Assembly (NCBI RefSeq): GCF_009914755.1
Contig: NC_060928.1
Origin: the human T2T-CHM13v2.0 reference genome, Homo sapiens
Strand: one strand, 5' to 3'
DNA length: 64,000 nucleotides
Program-made: the position numbers and the translations under genes
Notes under the pieces: model-generated
The model's input: only the letters and a program-made list of their open reading frames with translations
Told to the model about the DNA's origin: nothing
Database searches by the model: none
Part shown: in pieces, positions 1 to 12,741 of the stretch
Layout of the letters: each line of letters starts with the position of its first letter
Numbering within the stretch: position 1 is the first letter of the stretch

Positions 1-1216
1 ATTTGCTACTGACCAAGAGTTGGTATACAGGTGACAAATCCCTCTGGCCTCCTCCTGAATAGCTTGGAGGATGGCTACCAATTCAGCCAGCTGGTTGCTC
101 CCACCGTTTCCTTCATCAGAACCAGTGAGTTTTGGGGGAACTCATGACCCAAATCATAATCATAAAGACATCATGGTTGAAGCAGAGGTGCTCCGTTTCC
201 AGCGAAGCCCAATAGCAAGCTAACGGTTGATTCTTGAAAGGGGTATAAGCTTTGCTGGTCTCTGGCAGTTTCCAGATCCAAACCACAAAGGTACCCTCTT
301 CCCATCTTGTTTCTGCCTAAGGCTCCAATTAGCCTGTTGTTGTAGTTCTACTGGCCCATCCTGTATGGGCCGTAGATTTCAGACCAGTTGCACTGCTTGT
401 TTAGCTTGTTCAAAAGCCATGCTCTCTTTCTCTCCCCAGTGAAAGTCGTAGCGTTTTCTAGTGACTGCATGCAGAGGTTCTAAAATGTTACCCAAGTGGG
501 ACTATGATGTCTCCAGAATCCAAACAAGGCAATAAATTTCTGGGCCACCTTCTTAGTGGTAGGGGTTGCAAATTCTAGTATTTTAGCCTTAGCCTTTGTT
601 AAAATGGACTATTTCCTTTATTCCATAGGATGCCAAGGAATTTTACAGTTTGTGCAGGTCCTTGAATTTTACTAGGGTTAATTTCCTGGCCTTCAGATAG
701 GAGATGGATTTTTACCTGCTCCAAACCCTGGCTGACTAGTTCTTCAGTTTTACCCTAACCATGCCATTCAGATAGCTGCTTTTTTCAGCAATAAGCTGAT
801 AGCTTTGAGCCTAATCAGTCAAGACATAGGCCTGGCATTGGGCCAGGGCCAGTCTGGAAGTCAGATTAGCATTTTCCTTTTCCAGCTTACATTTCTCTTG
901 AAGCAACCAGTCCCTATCTTGACACATTAAATTATAAGCAGTAAGCAAGCACCATCTATGCCGGGAAATTCCCTCAGCATCCCCTTTACCAACTGGGATT
1001 CCCTGCAGCACTTCACGCACTCAAATGTTGAAATCGCACTGATTTAGATTCCCAATTATCACAAAAGCCAGTTCCCCTGGGCCATTCAATCACCAAGAAG
1101 GAAAACTGAGGGAGTTCCCATCCCAGGATGGGGGAAGACCCTGAGTTCCCAGCCCAGACCCTGCAGCTAAAAAATGGCATGCTTTTGCTATGAAATCCTG
1201 TTCGTGACGCCAAAAA
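1..1216 (-). mobile_element. HERV-S / HERVL18 internal region (decayed gag start joined to RT/RNase H part of pol); continues off the left edge
   Basis: Follows LTR and PBS on the minus strand. ORF 811-1020 is a gag-like coiled-coil segment; minus-strand translation near 625-695 gives RT-like GQEINPSKIQGPAQTVKFLGILW; stops and frameshifts present. Confidence 0.8.
1195..1212 (-). promoter_or_regulatory. Primer-binding site for tRNA-Ser(CGA)
   Basis: Plus strand reads ATCCTGTTCGTGACGCCA, matching the 3' 18 nt (incl. CCA) of a human tRNA-Ser(CGA) as I recall it; lies 4 nt from the LTR end, as expected for HERV-S. Confidence 0.85.
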
Positions 1217-1805
1217 TGTTCTATGCGGGAAACGCATGAGGGGAGAAGAAAAGACACACACACGATACCTTTAAGGGTAAACAAGCTTTGTCCCAAGTAA
1301 ATGGCAATTCAGATATAATAAGCAAATGATAGAATAAGCAAATTAATATAATAAGCAAATTGCAATGGGAAGGGGAGAAGGGAAATCAGATATATATATA
1401 TATTTACACTCACCAGAATATGGAAGATTCACCACCAGACTGGGAAGCAACAGCCTTGGCTCCTGAGTTGGCCACTCATCCGTGCAGACGAGGAGAGGTC
1501 TCATGAAGCTTCGGCACAGTCTGGGACTCTAGCTCTTTTTGTAACGAGTTGTTTGGCATGAGGCCCAGTCATGAGGGCCCTTCATGACTGGGCTCAAGGA
1601 ACACAAAAAGATCAACTTGTTTTTGCCAGTGTCTATTGTTCTTCAATAACTAAAGTATGAGAATAGATTGAAATAGAGATTTCTCCAAAACAGCACTGGA
1701 GAAACGCCTCAAGAGGCTCACACAACCTGTGCCGGGACTTGGTGACCGTTGTTTGTGCCCACGTTCAATTGAGTTCAAATATAATATTTTAACTCTTCCT
1801 CCACA
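1217..1805 (-). mobile_element. LTR18-family (LTR18B-like) 5' LTR
   Basis: Minus strand TGTGGAGGAAGAGTTAAAATATT...CCCGCATAGAACA with TG..CA termini, ~590 bp, followed by PBS; contains TTACAAAAAG TATA-like box (1535-1544) and TCTG|GTGAGT donor (GT at 1413-1412). Confidence 0.8.
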
Positions 1806-1854
1806 GCTGCCATAATAAAATATCAAAGACTGTGTGGCTTAAACAACAAAAATA

Positions 1855-2292
1855 CAGTTGACCCTTGAATAATTTGGTGGTTAGGGGCACCAAACCCCCG
1901 TGCAGTCAAAAATCTACATGTAACTTTTGGCCTTCCCAACACTTAACTACTAAAAGCCTACTGTTGACCAGAAGCATTACTGATAACATAAACAGTTGAT
2001 TTACACATATTTTGTATGTTACATGTATTATATGCTATGTTCTTACAATAAAGTAAGGTAGAGAAAAGAAAGTGTTATTAAGAAAAATCATAAGGAAGAT
2101 AAATATGTTTACTATTGATTAATTGGAAGATTGGAAGTGGATCATCCTAAACGTCTTCATCCTCACTGCCTTCATGTTGAGGAGGCTGAGAAGGAGGAGA
2201 ACGAGGAGGAGGAGGGAATAGTCTTGCTGTCTCAGGGATGGCAGAGGCAGAAGAAAATCCAGATAAAAATGGATCCACACTGTTCAAACCTG

Positions 2293-2293
<1 letters not shown>
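1855..2293 (+). mobile_element. Tigger2a/MER28-like DNA transposon relic (right TIR missing)
   Basis: TA followed by CAGTTGACCCTTGAA terminal repeat; characteristic GAG-rich internal segment; ends at GTTCAAACCTGT before the final TIR. Confidence 0.75.

Positions 2294-2294
<1 letters not shown>

Positions 2295-2330
<36 letters not shown>
2295..2330 (+). repeat. (CA)n microsatellite
   Basis: Seen directly; explains the HTHT/VCVC pseudo-ORFs. Confidence 0.95.
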
Positions 2331-2334
<4 letters not shown>

Positions 2335-2384
2335 GGATCTGTATACATGATCCATCATGGATCATGTATATATATACACACACA

Positions 2385-3977
2385 CCTTATTAGTCCTGTC
2401 CCTCTAGAGAACCCTGATTAACACAGATTTTGGTATCAGGAGTGGTTCTAGAGGAAAAAAATTTTAAGGATGAAGTTCTTTAGTTGGTCTGGGGGTTTCT
2501 GGAGTTGGTTGCTTAATATGACTAGACCCCAAAATGCTAAGGACTCTACTTCTACTAGTATGGAGAACACGGAGAGTCTTTGGCATGAATTGTTTAGACA
2601 GTTAAGCAAAATAAATGCATTTGATACTTCTGATTCACCACTCATGACAGGCAAGGAATTTAGTGATTCTATATATAATATCTTTGACCATATGTGGGAA
2701 CCAAGGAATATAATGAAGTTGGTTGGTTGGTTGCTCCTAAGTTCACTAGCCAAAGTGATGAAAGGAAACATTTAACTCCGAGATTCTGTCTCTCAGCTCC
2801 AGAAGCCCATACTGACCCTCAAATCTTTTAATATTGCCCTGAGTGAGAGTCTTACCTCCTGTAGGGAAAGAGCTGAAATTGTGGAAAATCAGAACAAGCT
2901 CTTATCCTGTGAATGGCTGACCTGCAATAAAAGATGCATGCACAGACTTGTCAGGTGTCTACTGTTAAGGTGATGGCATTGATTGAAAAAAAATGGGACT
3001 CTGCAACTTGGAATGGGGACATGTGGGAGGACCCTGATGAGGCCAGAAGCACTCAGCTCCTAAATTCTGATGAGCCTTTTTTTGCCAGGGAAACAGCCTC
3101 CCACCCACACCACCTCCCCTCCCCTCCCCAACCCAGCCTTTCCACCTTTGTTTGAGATAAACCCTTCACTTCCTGACACAACAGTGATGGCCTCCCCTGA
3201 GGCAGTTGCCAGGCAAAACAATGTTGATTCTCCTCAAGACCCACCCCCAACACCCCTGTTTGCTTCTAGACCTATAACTAAAGTCCTGACAGGCCCCTAA
3301 AGGTGAGGTTCAGAGTGTGACCCACGAGGCAGTGTGCTACATGCCAAAAGAACTGCTTGAGTTTTCTAATTTATATAAGCAGAAATCTGGAGAACAGGAA
3401 TGGGAATGGTATTAAGGGTGTGGGATAATGGTGGAAAGACATAAAGTTAGATCAGGCTGAATTTATTGACATGGGCCTACTAAACAGGGATTCTGCATTT
3501 AATGTTGTAGCTCAGGGAGTTAAAAAAGGTTCCAATAGTTGATTTGCTCGATTAGCTGAAACATGGATCAAAAGATGGCCCACTGTGAGTGAGTTGGAAA
3601 TGCCTGATCTTCCTCAGTTTAATGTAGAGGAAGGGATCCAAAGGCTTAGGGAGAGTGAAGTGCCGGAGTGGATTAGTCACTTTAGATCTACTCATCCCAA
3701 CTGGGAGGGTCCAGAAGATATACCCTTCACCAATACTTTGCAAAATAGATTTGTGAGGGAAGCACCTGCATCCTTGAAGAGCTCTGTGATTGCTCTTTTC
3801 TGTATGCCAGATCTTATAGTGGGAACTGCAGTCACTCAACTACAAAATTTAAATGCAGTGGGAATAATTGGATCATGGGGTGGCAGGAGCCAAGTGGCAG
3901 CACTCAACCATGAAAGGCAAGGTAGGCATAGCTACCGTAATGGACAGCAGAGGCAAAGCAGCAAACAGAATAGTCTG
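2385..3977 (+). mobile_element. HERV-L: 3' tail of an MLT2 LTR (to 2425), tRNA-Leu PBS (2431-2448) and decayed gag
   Basis: CCTCTAGAGAACCCTGATTAACACA LTR end, TGGTATCAGGAGTGG PBS; ORF fragments GFWSWLLNMTRPQNAKDS, WDSATWNGDMWEDPDE, LEMPDLPQFNVEEGIQRLRE, WEGPEDIPFT are ERV-L gag; multiple frameshifts. Confidence 0.9.
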
Positions 3978-4006
3978 ATATACATATATATATATATATA
4001 TACATC

Positions 4007-4153
4007 AGAGGGAGGGATAGCATTAGGAGAAATACCTAATGTAGATCACAGGTTGATAGGTGCAGCAAACCACCATGGCACGTGTATACCTATGTAACAA
4101 ACCTGCACGTTCTGCACATGTACCCCAGAACCTAAAGTACAATAATAAAAAAA
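4007..4153 (+). mobile_element. L1PA 3' end fragment with A tail
   Basis: GGAGGGATAGCATTAGGAGAAATACCTAATGTAG...AAAGTACAATAATAAAAAAA. Confidence 0.9.
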
Positions 4154-5070
4154 GCCCAAATCCAAATTCTAGTTAATCACTGGGCTTTGTCTCTGCCTTA
4201 TCTTGTAAATGTGGGTGAGTCTGAAAGTTTGTGGAACTTTCCTTTAAAAAAAATAATAAATTTACCTGACTCTGATTTTTCTTGAATTTTTCTACTTCTC
4301 AGAATTCCTCAAAGAATGTCCACAGCCATTTGACAGTTTCATTCACAATTTGTCTTAGCACCCTAGGTTGCAAGTCACTGCAGCCAAAAGGTTATAATTA
4401 TAACAGTGAGTTGCTGCCAGCTGCTTTCTTGTAATCTTTTCACCCATCTGAATGTGTCACTCTTATCCAAGTTCATGCCATGTTAGAGCCTATGTTGTCT
4501 ATGCAGACTTCACCTGCAATTAGTCCAATGCATGAAAGTTCTAACTCTAAAATTCCCAGCCTCTAACTATTGGATAACTCTGTTTTACATCAAGGCATGC
4601 ATTCATTAATTTATTTAGACTCTTACCAAATACTGACTAACCAGGGACACTCAGACACTTACTAAAGGGTTAACACTTATCAAAGGTCTTAAATATGTGT
4701 TCATTCTTTGCACATATGAAGCCTTTGATCCTCACAACAGCCTTATGAGGTATATTTCATTATTATTGTGTCCACTTTTAGATTATTAAAATGATACTCC
4801 AAAAGGTTAAATACTTTTAATTATCACAAGATGAACAAGGCATGATCCCAACACTCCAATTCACAATCCAATCATCTCTGAGCCTATGAAGTCTAAGTCA
4901 TCAGTCCAAACAACCTTAACTGATACACTAATGAAGAGCTTCCTGAAATTGGGGTTAACCAAAAGCAGATCAGATGGTGCAAATTGTTAGGGAAATCAGG
5001 TAGCAAAGACAGAATATAGAGGAAGGGAATGAGAAATGTATCCATGAACTAAGGGCGTTATCCTTTACAA

Positions 5071-5550
5071 TATTAGAGCTTGAATTATGTCCTCCAAAAA
5101 AAAACAAAATCTTAACCCCTGTTGCCTGAAGATAAGACCCTGTTTGGAAATGTAAAAGGGTCTTTGCAGATGTAATCCAGATAAGATGAGGTCATAATAG
5201 ATTAGGGTGGTTCCCAATCTGATATGACTGGTGTCCTTATGAAAAGAGAAAGCAGAGACATAGGAAGGAGAATACTGTGTGAAGATGGAGATGCACAGCG
5301 GGAGGATAACCATGGGAAGATAGAGACGGAGACTGTGGTGATACTGTCACAGCCAAGGGATGCCTCGGGCAACAAGAAGTTGAAGGAGGCAAGGAAAGAT
5401 CCTGTCCTCAAGACTTTAGAGGGAGTATGGCCTTGATGACACCTTGATTTCAGACACCTAGCTTCGGGAAAAATGAGAGAATAAATTTCTGTTGCTTTAA
5501 GCCATCAAGTTTGTGGTACTTTGTTATGTCAGCCGTATGAAACTAATACA
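5071..5550 (+). mobile_element. MLT1 (MLT1B/C-like) MaLR LTR
   Basis: Typical GTCTTTGCAGATGTAAT, GGTGTCCTTAT, AATAAATTTCTGTTGCTTTAAGCCA...AACTAATACA end. Confidence 0.85.
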
Positions 5551-7559
5551 GCATTCAAGGCCAATTTAAATGCCACATCCCTGGTGAATATATTACTGGA
5601 CACTTATCAACTTAGAATGAATCACTCTCTCTGTGGTAGACCCATAGGACTTGATTCAAACTTGATTTGACATGTCCATCATATAGTATGCACATTTATT
5701 CACTAGCTTGAAACTGCCTTTAACTCTTGGGCCTACATAGCACATTGCCTTATATATTAGCAGTAGCTCAATGAACATTTTTTGATTGGAATTATTGACC
5801 TGAATTATCTCAGAGAAGAAAAGGAAGAATGTATAGACTAAACAGTTGTAGCCAAATTTTTTTTAAATAGCATAAGTTTAGTGTTCAATAGCTCAGAACT
5901 TAAGTTGCTATTATATTAATTTTAAATTTCTCTTTATTATAAAATGTAATCACTTGAGTTTAGAGACGAAGCCAAAAATGAAAAATTTCCATGCACCACC
6001 AACTTGAAACTATAGTGGAAGTGGATTGGCATTAGCTTTTCTAGTACTGAAGAATTTTAGGAAATGTGAGGATTCCACCAATCCAGGCATCATTCTATTA
6101 AGAATCGTTTTTCTCTTCTTCATAAAATGGGAAAGAAAACATTGTTATTTTAAGCTAATTATTTTGTATATAATTTCTGGTTGATTAAGGCTTACCACTA
6201 GTACTAGAATAGCAAATCTTTGGTAAGGAAAGCTATAATTGAAACAAAAAAGTTAACTCTGTAAACTACAACAGTATCTAATAGCAACTTTTCACACCTC
6301 ATAGAGCAGCCCTCTGCCTTCAAGGTAACGTTTCTATCCCTCTCCTTCTGCCACCTGAATGTGCCCCGCAGGGGGCAGGGAATAATTTCAATGTGATCCT
6401 GTGAAAGATAATTTGATGCATTCCAAAGCCATATAGAAGTAAACTTTGCATTATTTTTTATTTGCTTCATAAAGCATCCCACCTTTTCCTCTAAAATTGA
6501 ATTCACCATTTATACTACTCTTATTGAAATTGCCATTTAGGGAAATTATAATTAAGAATCTCCTTTCTCCCTCATCAAAATGTTAACTCCCGAAGGATAA
6601 GAACCGTATTTTATAACTCTGTATCCCATGTAGGATCATTTCTGGCACATTTTGAGTATTAATTGAGTACTTATTCCATTAATACTGGCTAAATTTAATT
6701 TAGGATACTTGTGTCATGGCCCTATTCCATTAACACATATAAACTAAACATTTACAAGCATAGTCCAATTAGAGAGAAATCCTGACTCAAAAATTATATA
6801 CATTACAATCACAAACTGAGTTTACATATCACAGATTTCTTTACAAGTTTATAACCTCTCCAGATGGGTTATAGAATTGAGCAAAGAGACTCCACACACC
6901 TCTCTACTATAATTTCCCAGTTTATTTAGCCAAAAACACAAGAATAAAAGGAAGAAATGTTCTAACCTGAAGAATGACAAATTTACCCACATTGACTTTC
7001 ACTAGTTGCTAATGTGGCACTGAGTTACAGCACAGGCTACATGGCTGAAAAAGAGAATGAAACCATGGCTCAAACAAGACAGAAGTTCACAATTCTCTCA
7101 TGTTACAGCCCAGAGTTGACAGGTGGTCCACAGTAGGTAGGAAGCCATACTCCCCCAAAACCATACTGGAGAATGGACACTGGAAGACAATTAGAAATCT
7201 CTAATTAGCAATCACTAATCTGTAACTAATTACCAATTAGTTTCTTTCAGTGTTACTCTCTACCCAGGAAGGAAAGAGTTGAGAAAATAGGCAAATATTT
7301 GCTAACTTCCTAAGTCTTACTGTCAGAATATACACCACGATTCTTACAAAACTTATGCTAACAATTTGTTATTCTTTCGATTTAAGTAAGCTTTACAAAT
7401 ATTGAGGTGTCTTGTTTCTTGAACCAAGTTTTCAACAAGCACAGTATCATGTTCCTCTAAGGAGAAAAAAGGCCCAAATGTCTCAGAGTAATACCTCTGC
7501 CCACCTCTTCATTGTTCAAGGAAGCCATATCCCCACATTCACTCTTCTTCACAGTTACT

Positions 7560-9160
7560 TGTATTAATTAATTTTGCTGCATAAAGAAAATCCCAAAACT
7601 TAATAGCTTATTATTTTTTATGGCTCTCTGAGTTTGCTGAGGACTTTCTCTGTTCTGTGCCAGCACTGCTGGAGCTAGGCGGTCTACAATGGACTCATTC
7701 ATAGATCTCATGGTTGGCAGGCTAGTTAGTATGATAAGGACACCCACTGAGACAGCTGCCTCTGATCCACATGATCTCATATTTCATATGCTTCTCTCCA
7801 TAGTGGTCCAGGGTTCCAAAGAGAAGCAAGAGAGAGTAAACTCCATGAACAAGTAACTTTCAAACCTCTGTTTGTATCAACTTTGCTAATGACCCATTGG
7901 CAAAAGAAAGTCACATGATTATTCTTAAATTCAAGAGGTAGAGAAGCAGACCCCAACTTTTGAGGGGAAGGGCTTAAAATATTATGACTATTTTGGCAAA
8001 CAGTGACTGTCCACCTCCTAGCCACAATCACTTCCAATAATCCCAAATGGAAAATATGCAGACCCACTTCCAAGGCCCCAAGAAATCTTGTCCAATTATA
8101 ATGTCAGGCTCAACGCCCATAATCTCATAATCTGTATCAAGCCCAGATGCAGATGGGGCTACTTAGCCACAGATCAACAAGAGCAGATCTTCTTGATCTG
8201 AAAAGATGAGTTATCTATCTCCCTTCAAAAAACATACACTGGTGAGACAAAAACAGGTTAACCACAATGCATACTCCCATTCAAAGAAAGGAAAGGCAGG
8301 AGGCAAATAGTAGTCATCAGCTGATATGGCTTGGATCTGTGCCCCCACCAGACCGCATGTTAAATTGTAATCCCCACTGTTGGAGATGGGGCCTGGTGGA
8401 AGGTGATTGAATCACCTGGGGCTGGTTTCTCATGAATGGTTTAACACCATCTCCTTCATGCCATTATCATGTTCGTGAATTAATTCTCATGAGATTTGGT
8501 TGGTAAATAGTGTGCGACACCTCCCCCATCCCCCTTTTTTGCGCCTGCTCTGGCCATGCAACATACCTGCTTCTCCTTCACCTTCTGCCATGATTGTAAG
8601 TTTCCCGAGGGCTCCCCAGAAGCCAAGCAGATGCCAGCGTCATGACTGCTGTACAGCCTGCAGAACATGAGCCAATTAAAATGCTTTTCTTTATAAAATA
8701 CATAGTCTCAGGTATTTCTTTACAGTAATGCAAGAATGGTCTAATATACCAGACTATATCAATCGTGAAATCCAGGCAAGTATATGTCATCAGGGAGCAG
8801 GAAATATTCCTTGATTGTGATGATCAGGACTCAGTTCCTCTCCCTGGGAATGGTTACCCTCTGCTCCACCCTCAGAGCTCATCTGCTCCCTCTGCAGCAT
8901 TCTTTCTTTTCAATAAAAAATGTCCCACATTCACAGCAGACTGCTCCTCAGCCTTCCTCCTGATCATAGAAAGTTGGGATCCCAAAGGTCTTTTTTCATT
9001 TCACTGTTTCTGTCCCTTTTGGTTCAAGCTGGCAGTGCTTGTATTGGCATACTTCTCTCTAAAATTATATGAGTGTCCTGTGAAACTTATTTGGGCTTAC
9101 TCTATACTCCAAAAGCCACATCTGCAATTATCTCAGACAGGCCTGTGTATTGCACCACAT
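7560..9160 (-). mobile_element. Old MLT1 LTR plus MaLR internal sequence, interrupted by an MST LTR
   Basis: TGTATTA...TTGCTGCATAA...CCCAAAACTTAATAGCTT reverse MLT1 end; flanks resemble MLT-int; boundaries approximate. Confidence 0.55.
8322..8748 (+). mobile_element. MSTA-like MaLR solo LTR
   Basis: TGATATGGCTTGGATCTGTG start, CTTCTGCCATGATTGTAAGTTTCC core, GGTCTAATATA end, ~427 bp. Confidence 0.9.
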
Positions 9161-10892
9161 ATCAGGTAATTGACCAGTGCTAAATCTGACCCTTTGTTTT
9201 GTTTCTGGTTCTGATTCTGATGGTTTCCGGTTGATTGCGCACATATCAGTGGCAGCAGCGTAAAAAGTGGGTTTTAATATGGTCATTTTATTAAGAAATT
9301 TCTGATGAGCTTGAGGTGTCAGGAATGGGCAGGATAGGAAATATAGAATCTGGCATACTTATTAGCCTTTTTGTTTTTGTGTTTATATGTTTTATTCGCA
9401 TCTGTAGTAATATGGGACACTTCACCTCTAAAGATTCTTCTTTGTTTATCCGATAACTCTGACGTTTAAGTATTTACTTATTAGGAACCCAATATTGTCA
9501 AAATCTGTGAAAATGGAATTTCCATAATGAAAATGAAAAGAAACCAAATGCTTAGCTAGCTTTCTTTGATTTCTCTAAATGAATGAATAATTCCAAAGTA
9601 ATGTCCCAAGACTCTTTAGGGCTAAAGAGAGGAGAGAGAAGAAATTTACATCATTTTGCATTGGACAAATTGAATCAGAAAAAAAGGTTTTCTAAGAGCC
9701 ATGTAAGCCAAGAATTAATAGTTCCTCAAAATATAATCAGACTCAGTCTTTAGAAAATGATAAAAACCAATGACATTATTATAATATGTATGGACAATGA
9801 AAAAATGTTCTGCCAAATTCAGAAGAGAGTAAGAAATTATACAGATCCTCAACAACGATGCTTGACTGATCAAATGATGCTTAATTACATGGTTTTATGT
9901 TGCTAATTGAGAAACATTCTTATTAGCTACTGAAGCCTCTATTTCAACCATCAGTTCTCTAGATCTTTTGCAATCATTTCCTTTAATTTGTAAGAGTGAT
10001 AAAATTTCTATCTTATTAATAGAAAATATATTTGAGCAAACAGTTTTATATGCCTTGGTTACCTCTGGGGGAATTAATAAACCATGTTATAAGTTACCTT
10101 AAAATCTAATGGAGTGGAGGACATTACTCCCAGTTGTAAAGGAGTAACTAAGATAGACTTGTCCACCCATCATAAAGAACTAGAAAAATGGACTACATAT
10201 GTGAAACAACTGTTTTTGCTAATTGGAGCATATATTTCAAAGAACTATGATCCCTAAGTTAAGATAAATAATCAAAATGGACAATACAATCACTCTGGCT
10301 TTCTTCCTGCTGGTACTTTACAATCCATGCTGGAAGAAAGAACCCGGGCAGAGCATAGGAGAGTCACTAAGTTTGTGAAGGGAAGATTGGAATTCAGGGA
10401 CGCTCATGTGGTTGGAATCTGTAGGAAAGAACCAGAGATGAGGGGACTAGGCAAGGAAAGAGCTCCAGGAATCTGATAGGGATCTGCTCCAAACTATAAC
10501 TTAATGCTAAGCTGTGCTTGCATGGGGTAAAATTTCACAATGTCAGGAAAGGACGATTAGAAACTATAAATGAGACAATTCTCAGAGCTCACAAAGGAAT
10601 GAGAGACTTCTGAGTTTCAACAAACTATTGTTGGAGAGGCTGCATTGCCCACCTGCGACATTCCCTACCAAGAGTAGAGACTTGAGCGGTATCATTTCTA
10701 AATGATAAAGTAGCCTTGCAGTAAAGGCTACACTAGACATGCCCTTTAAAACAGGCCTCTAAAATATCAAGCAAATCTGCAAGTAATTTAACTCCCTTCC
10801 AGAAAAAATGCCAGTGCTCCTTAAGAAAACTCAACAACATAAAAGTCAACACTCAATAACAAGAATCAAAACATGTGGTATTAAGTAAACTA

Positions 10893-11260
<368 letters not shown>

Positions 11261-11283
11261 AGTTTTAAAACCTAGAAATGATG

Positions 11284-11400
11284 ATCCTCTGGTAGTTCAT
11301 GAGCATGATGATTGGGTGTTTCACGCACATGTGTGAGATGTGCCGTACTTGAAACTTGTTACCATGTCTGCACAATGGGCATCTGACCTGAAAAAAAAAA
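11284..11400 (+). pseudogene. U13 (SNORD13) snoRNA processed pseudogene
   Basis: ATCCTCTGGTAGTTCATGAGCATGATGATTGGGTGTT...GTGTGAGATGTGCC...TCTGACC matches U13 along its length; A10 tail; TSD CTAGAAATGA at 11272-11281 and 11401-11410. Confidence 0.92.
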
Positions 11401-11684
11401 CTAGAAATGAATTTTATGATGAAATTATCAAACAAGGATTTAAAAGAGCTATTGTTAATATGATGAATATTTAATTTTAAATAAAAACATACACATAATA
11501 CAAAATACAGATAAGAAAATCAAGTCTTAAAGATGAAAAATACAATACTTAAGATAAAAATTATCCTGGATTGACTTAGTATAAATCAGATACTGCAGAA
11601 GATCAGTAAACTTGAAGATGGAGTAATAGAAACTACACAAACTAAGGCACAGAAAGAAAAATAGATGAAAGAAAAATACACAGA

Positions 11685-11981
11685 GGCCAGGCATAATGGC
11701 TCTTGCCTATAACCCTAACACTTTGGGAGGCTGAGCCAGGCAGACTGCTTGAGCCCAGGAGTTTGAGACTAGCCTTAGCAACATGGTGAAACCCCATCTC
11801 TATTATCCAGGTGAGGTGGCATGTGCCTATACTCAGCTACACAGGAGGCTGAGGTGGGAGGATCTCTTGAGCTCAGGTGGCAGAGGTTGCAGTGAACCAA
11901 GATGTCTCCACTGCACTCCAGCCTGGGTGACAAAGTGAGACTCTGTCTCAAAAAACAAAAGAAACAAACAGACAAAAAAAA
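11685..11981 (+). mobile_element. AluJ
   Basis: Diverged dimeric Alu with GGGAGGATCTCTTGAGCTCAGG J-type right arm. Confidence 0.9.
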
Positions 11982-12741
11982 CTTCAGTGGTTTTTGGACA
12001 ACATTAGGCTTCACTTACATGAAAAAGAAAAATATTCAAAGGAATAAGGTTGTATATTTTATAAATTTGATGAAAACAACATACAAATCCCCCCGCCAAA
12101 AAAAACCACAAAGAAAAACACACCAAACACATTATAACGAAATTACTGAAGACCAAGAACAAAAAGAAAATTTTTAAAGTAATCAGAGAGGAAAAAAGAG
12201 ACATCATATATAGTAGAAAAATGTAGAGAATTATTAGTGTTCTCATCAGAAAAATGCAAGCCATAAGACAATGTAGCAAAAGCATTTAAGTCCTGGGAAA
12301 AAAGTTAACCTAGAAATTTGTATTAAATAAAAATGTCCTTCAAAACTAAAGACAAAATACTTTTTCAAAGAAATCAATAAAAGAATTAAATTCTAAGGGT
12401 TTTTGCTGGAACTATAAAAAATATTAAAAGGTTTTCAGGTTGGAGAAGAATACTAGATAGAAACCTGGATCTACATAAAGGAATACAAAATGGTGAAAAT
12501 GGTTAATATATGGGTAAAATTTGAAACTTTTTCTTGTTTTTAAATTTGTTTAAAAGATATTTTGTTTTGTAAGGAAAAAATAACAGCAATGAACTGTGTG
12601 GTTTATAATATAGAGAGAAGTAAAGTATATCTAGAAATAGAACCAAATATAGAAGTGGGTAATGGAATAGAATATTGTTGCAAGGTTCCTCCATTGTCAA
12701 TGAAGTAGTGTTATGTCATCAGAATGCCATAAGAAATTAGA

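Noticed and set aside
2470-4097. Domesticated ERV-L gag (Fv1-like)
   Set aside because: Broken into several frames by stops and frameshifts, and truncated by (TA)n and L1.
9302-9345. CTGATGAG...GAAA hammerhead-like core
   Set aside because: No stem II closing pair or stems I/III can be formed.
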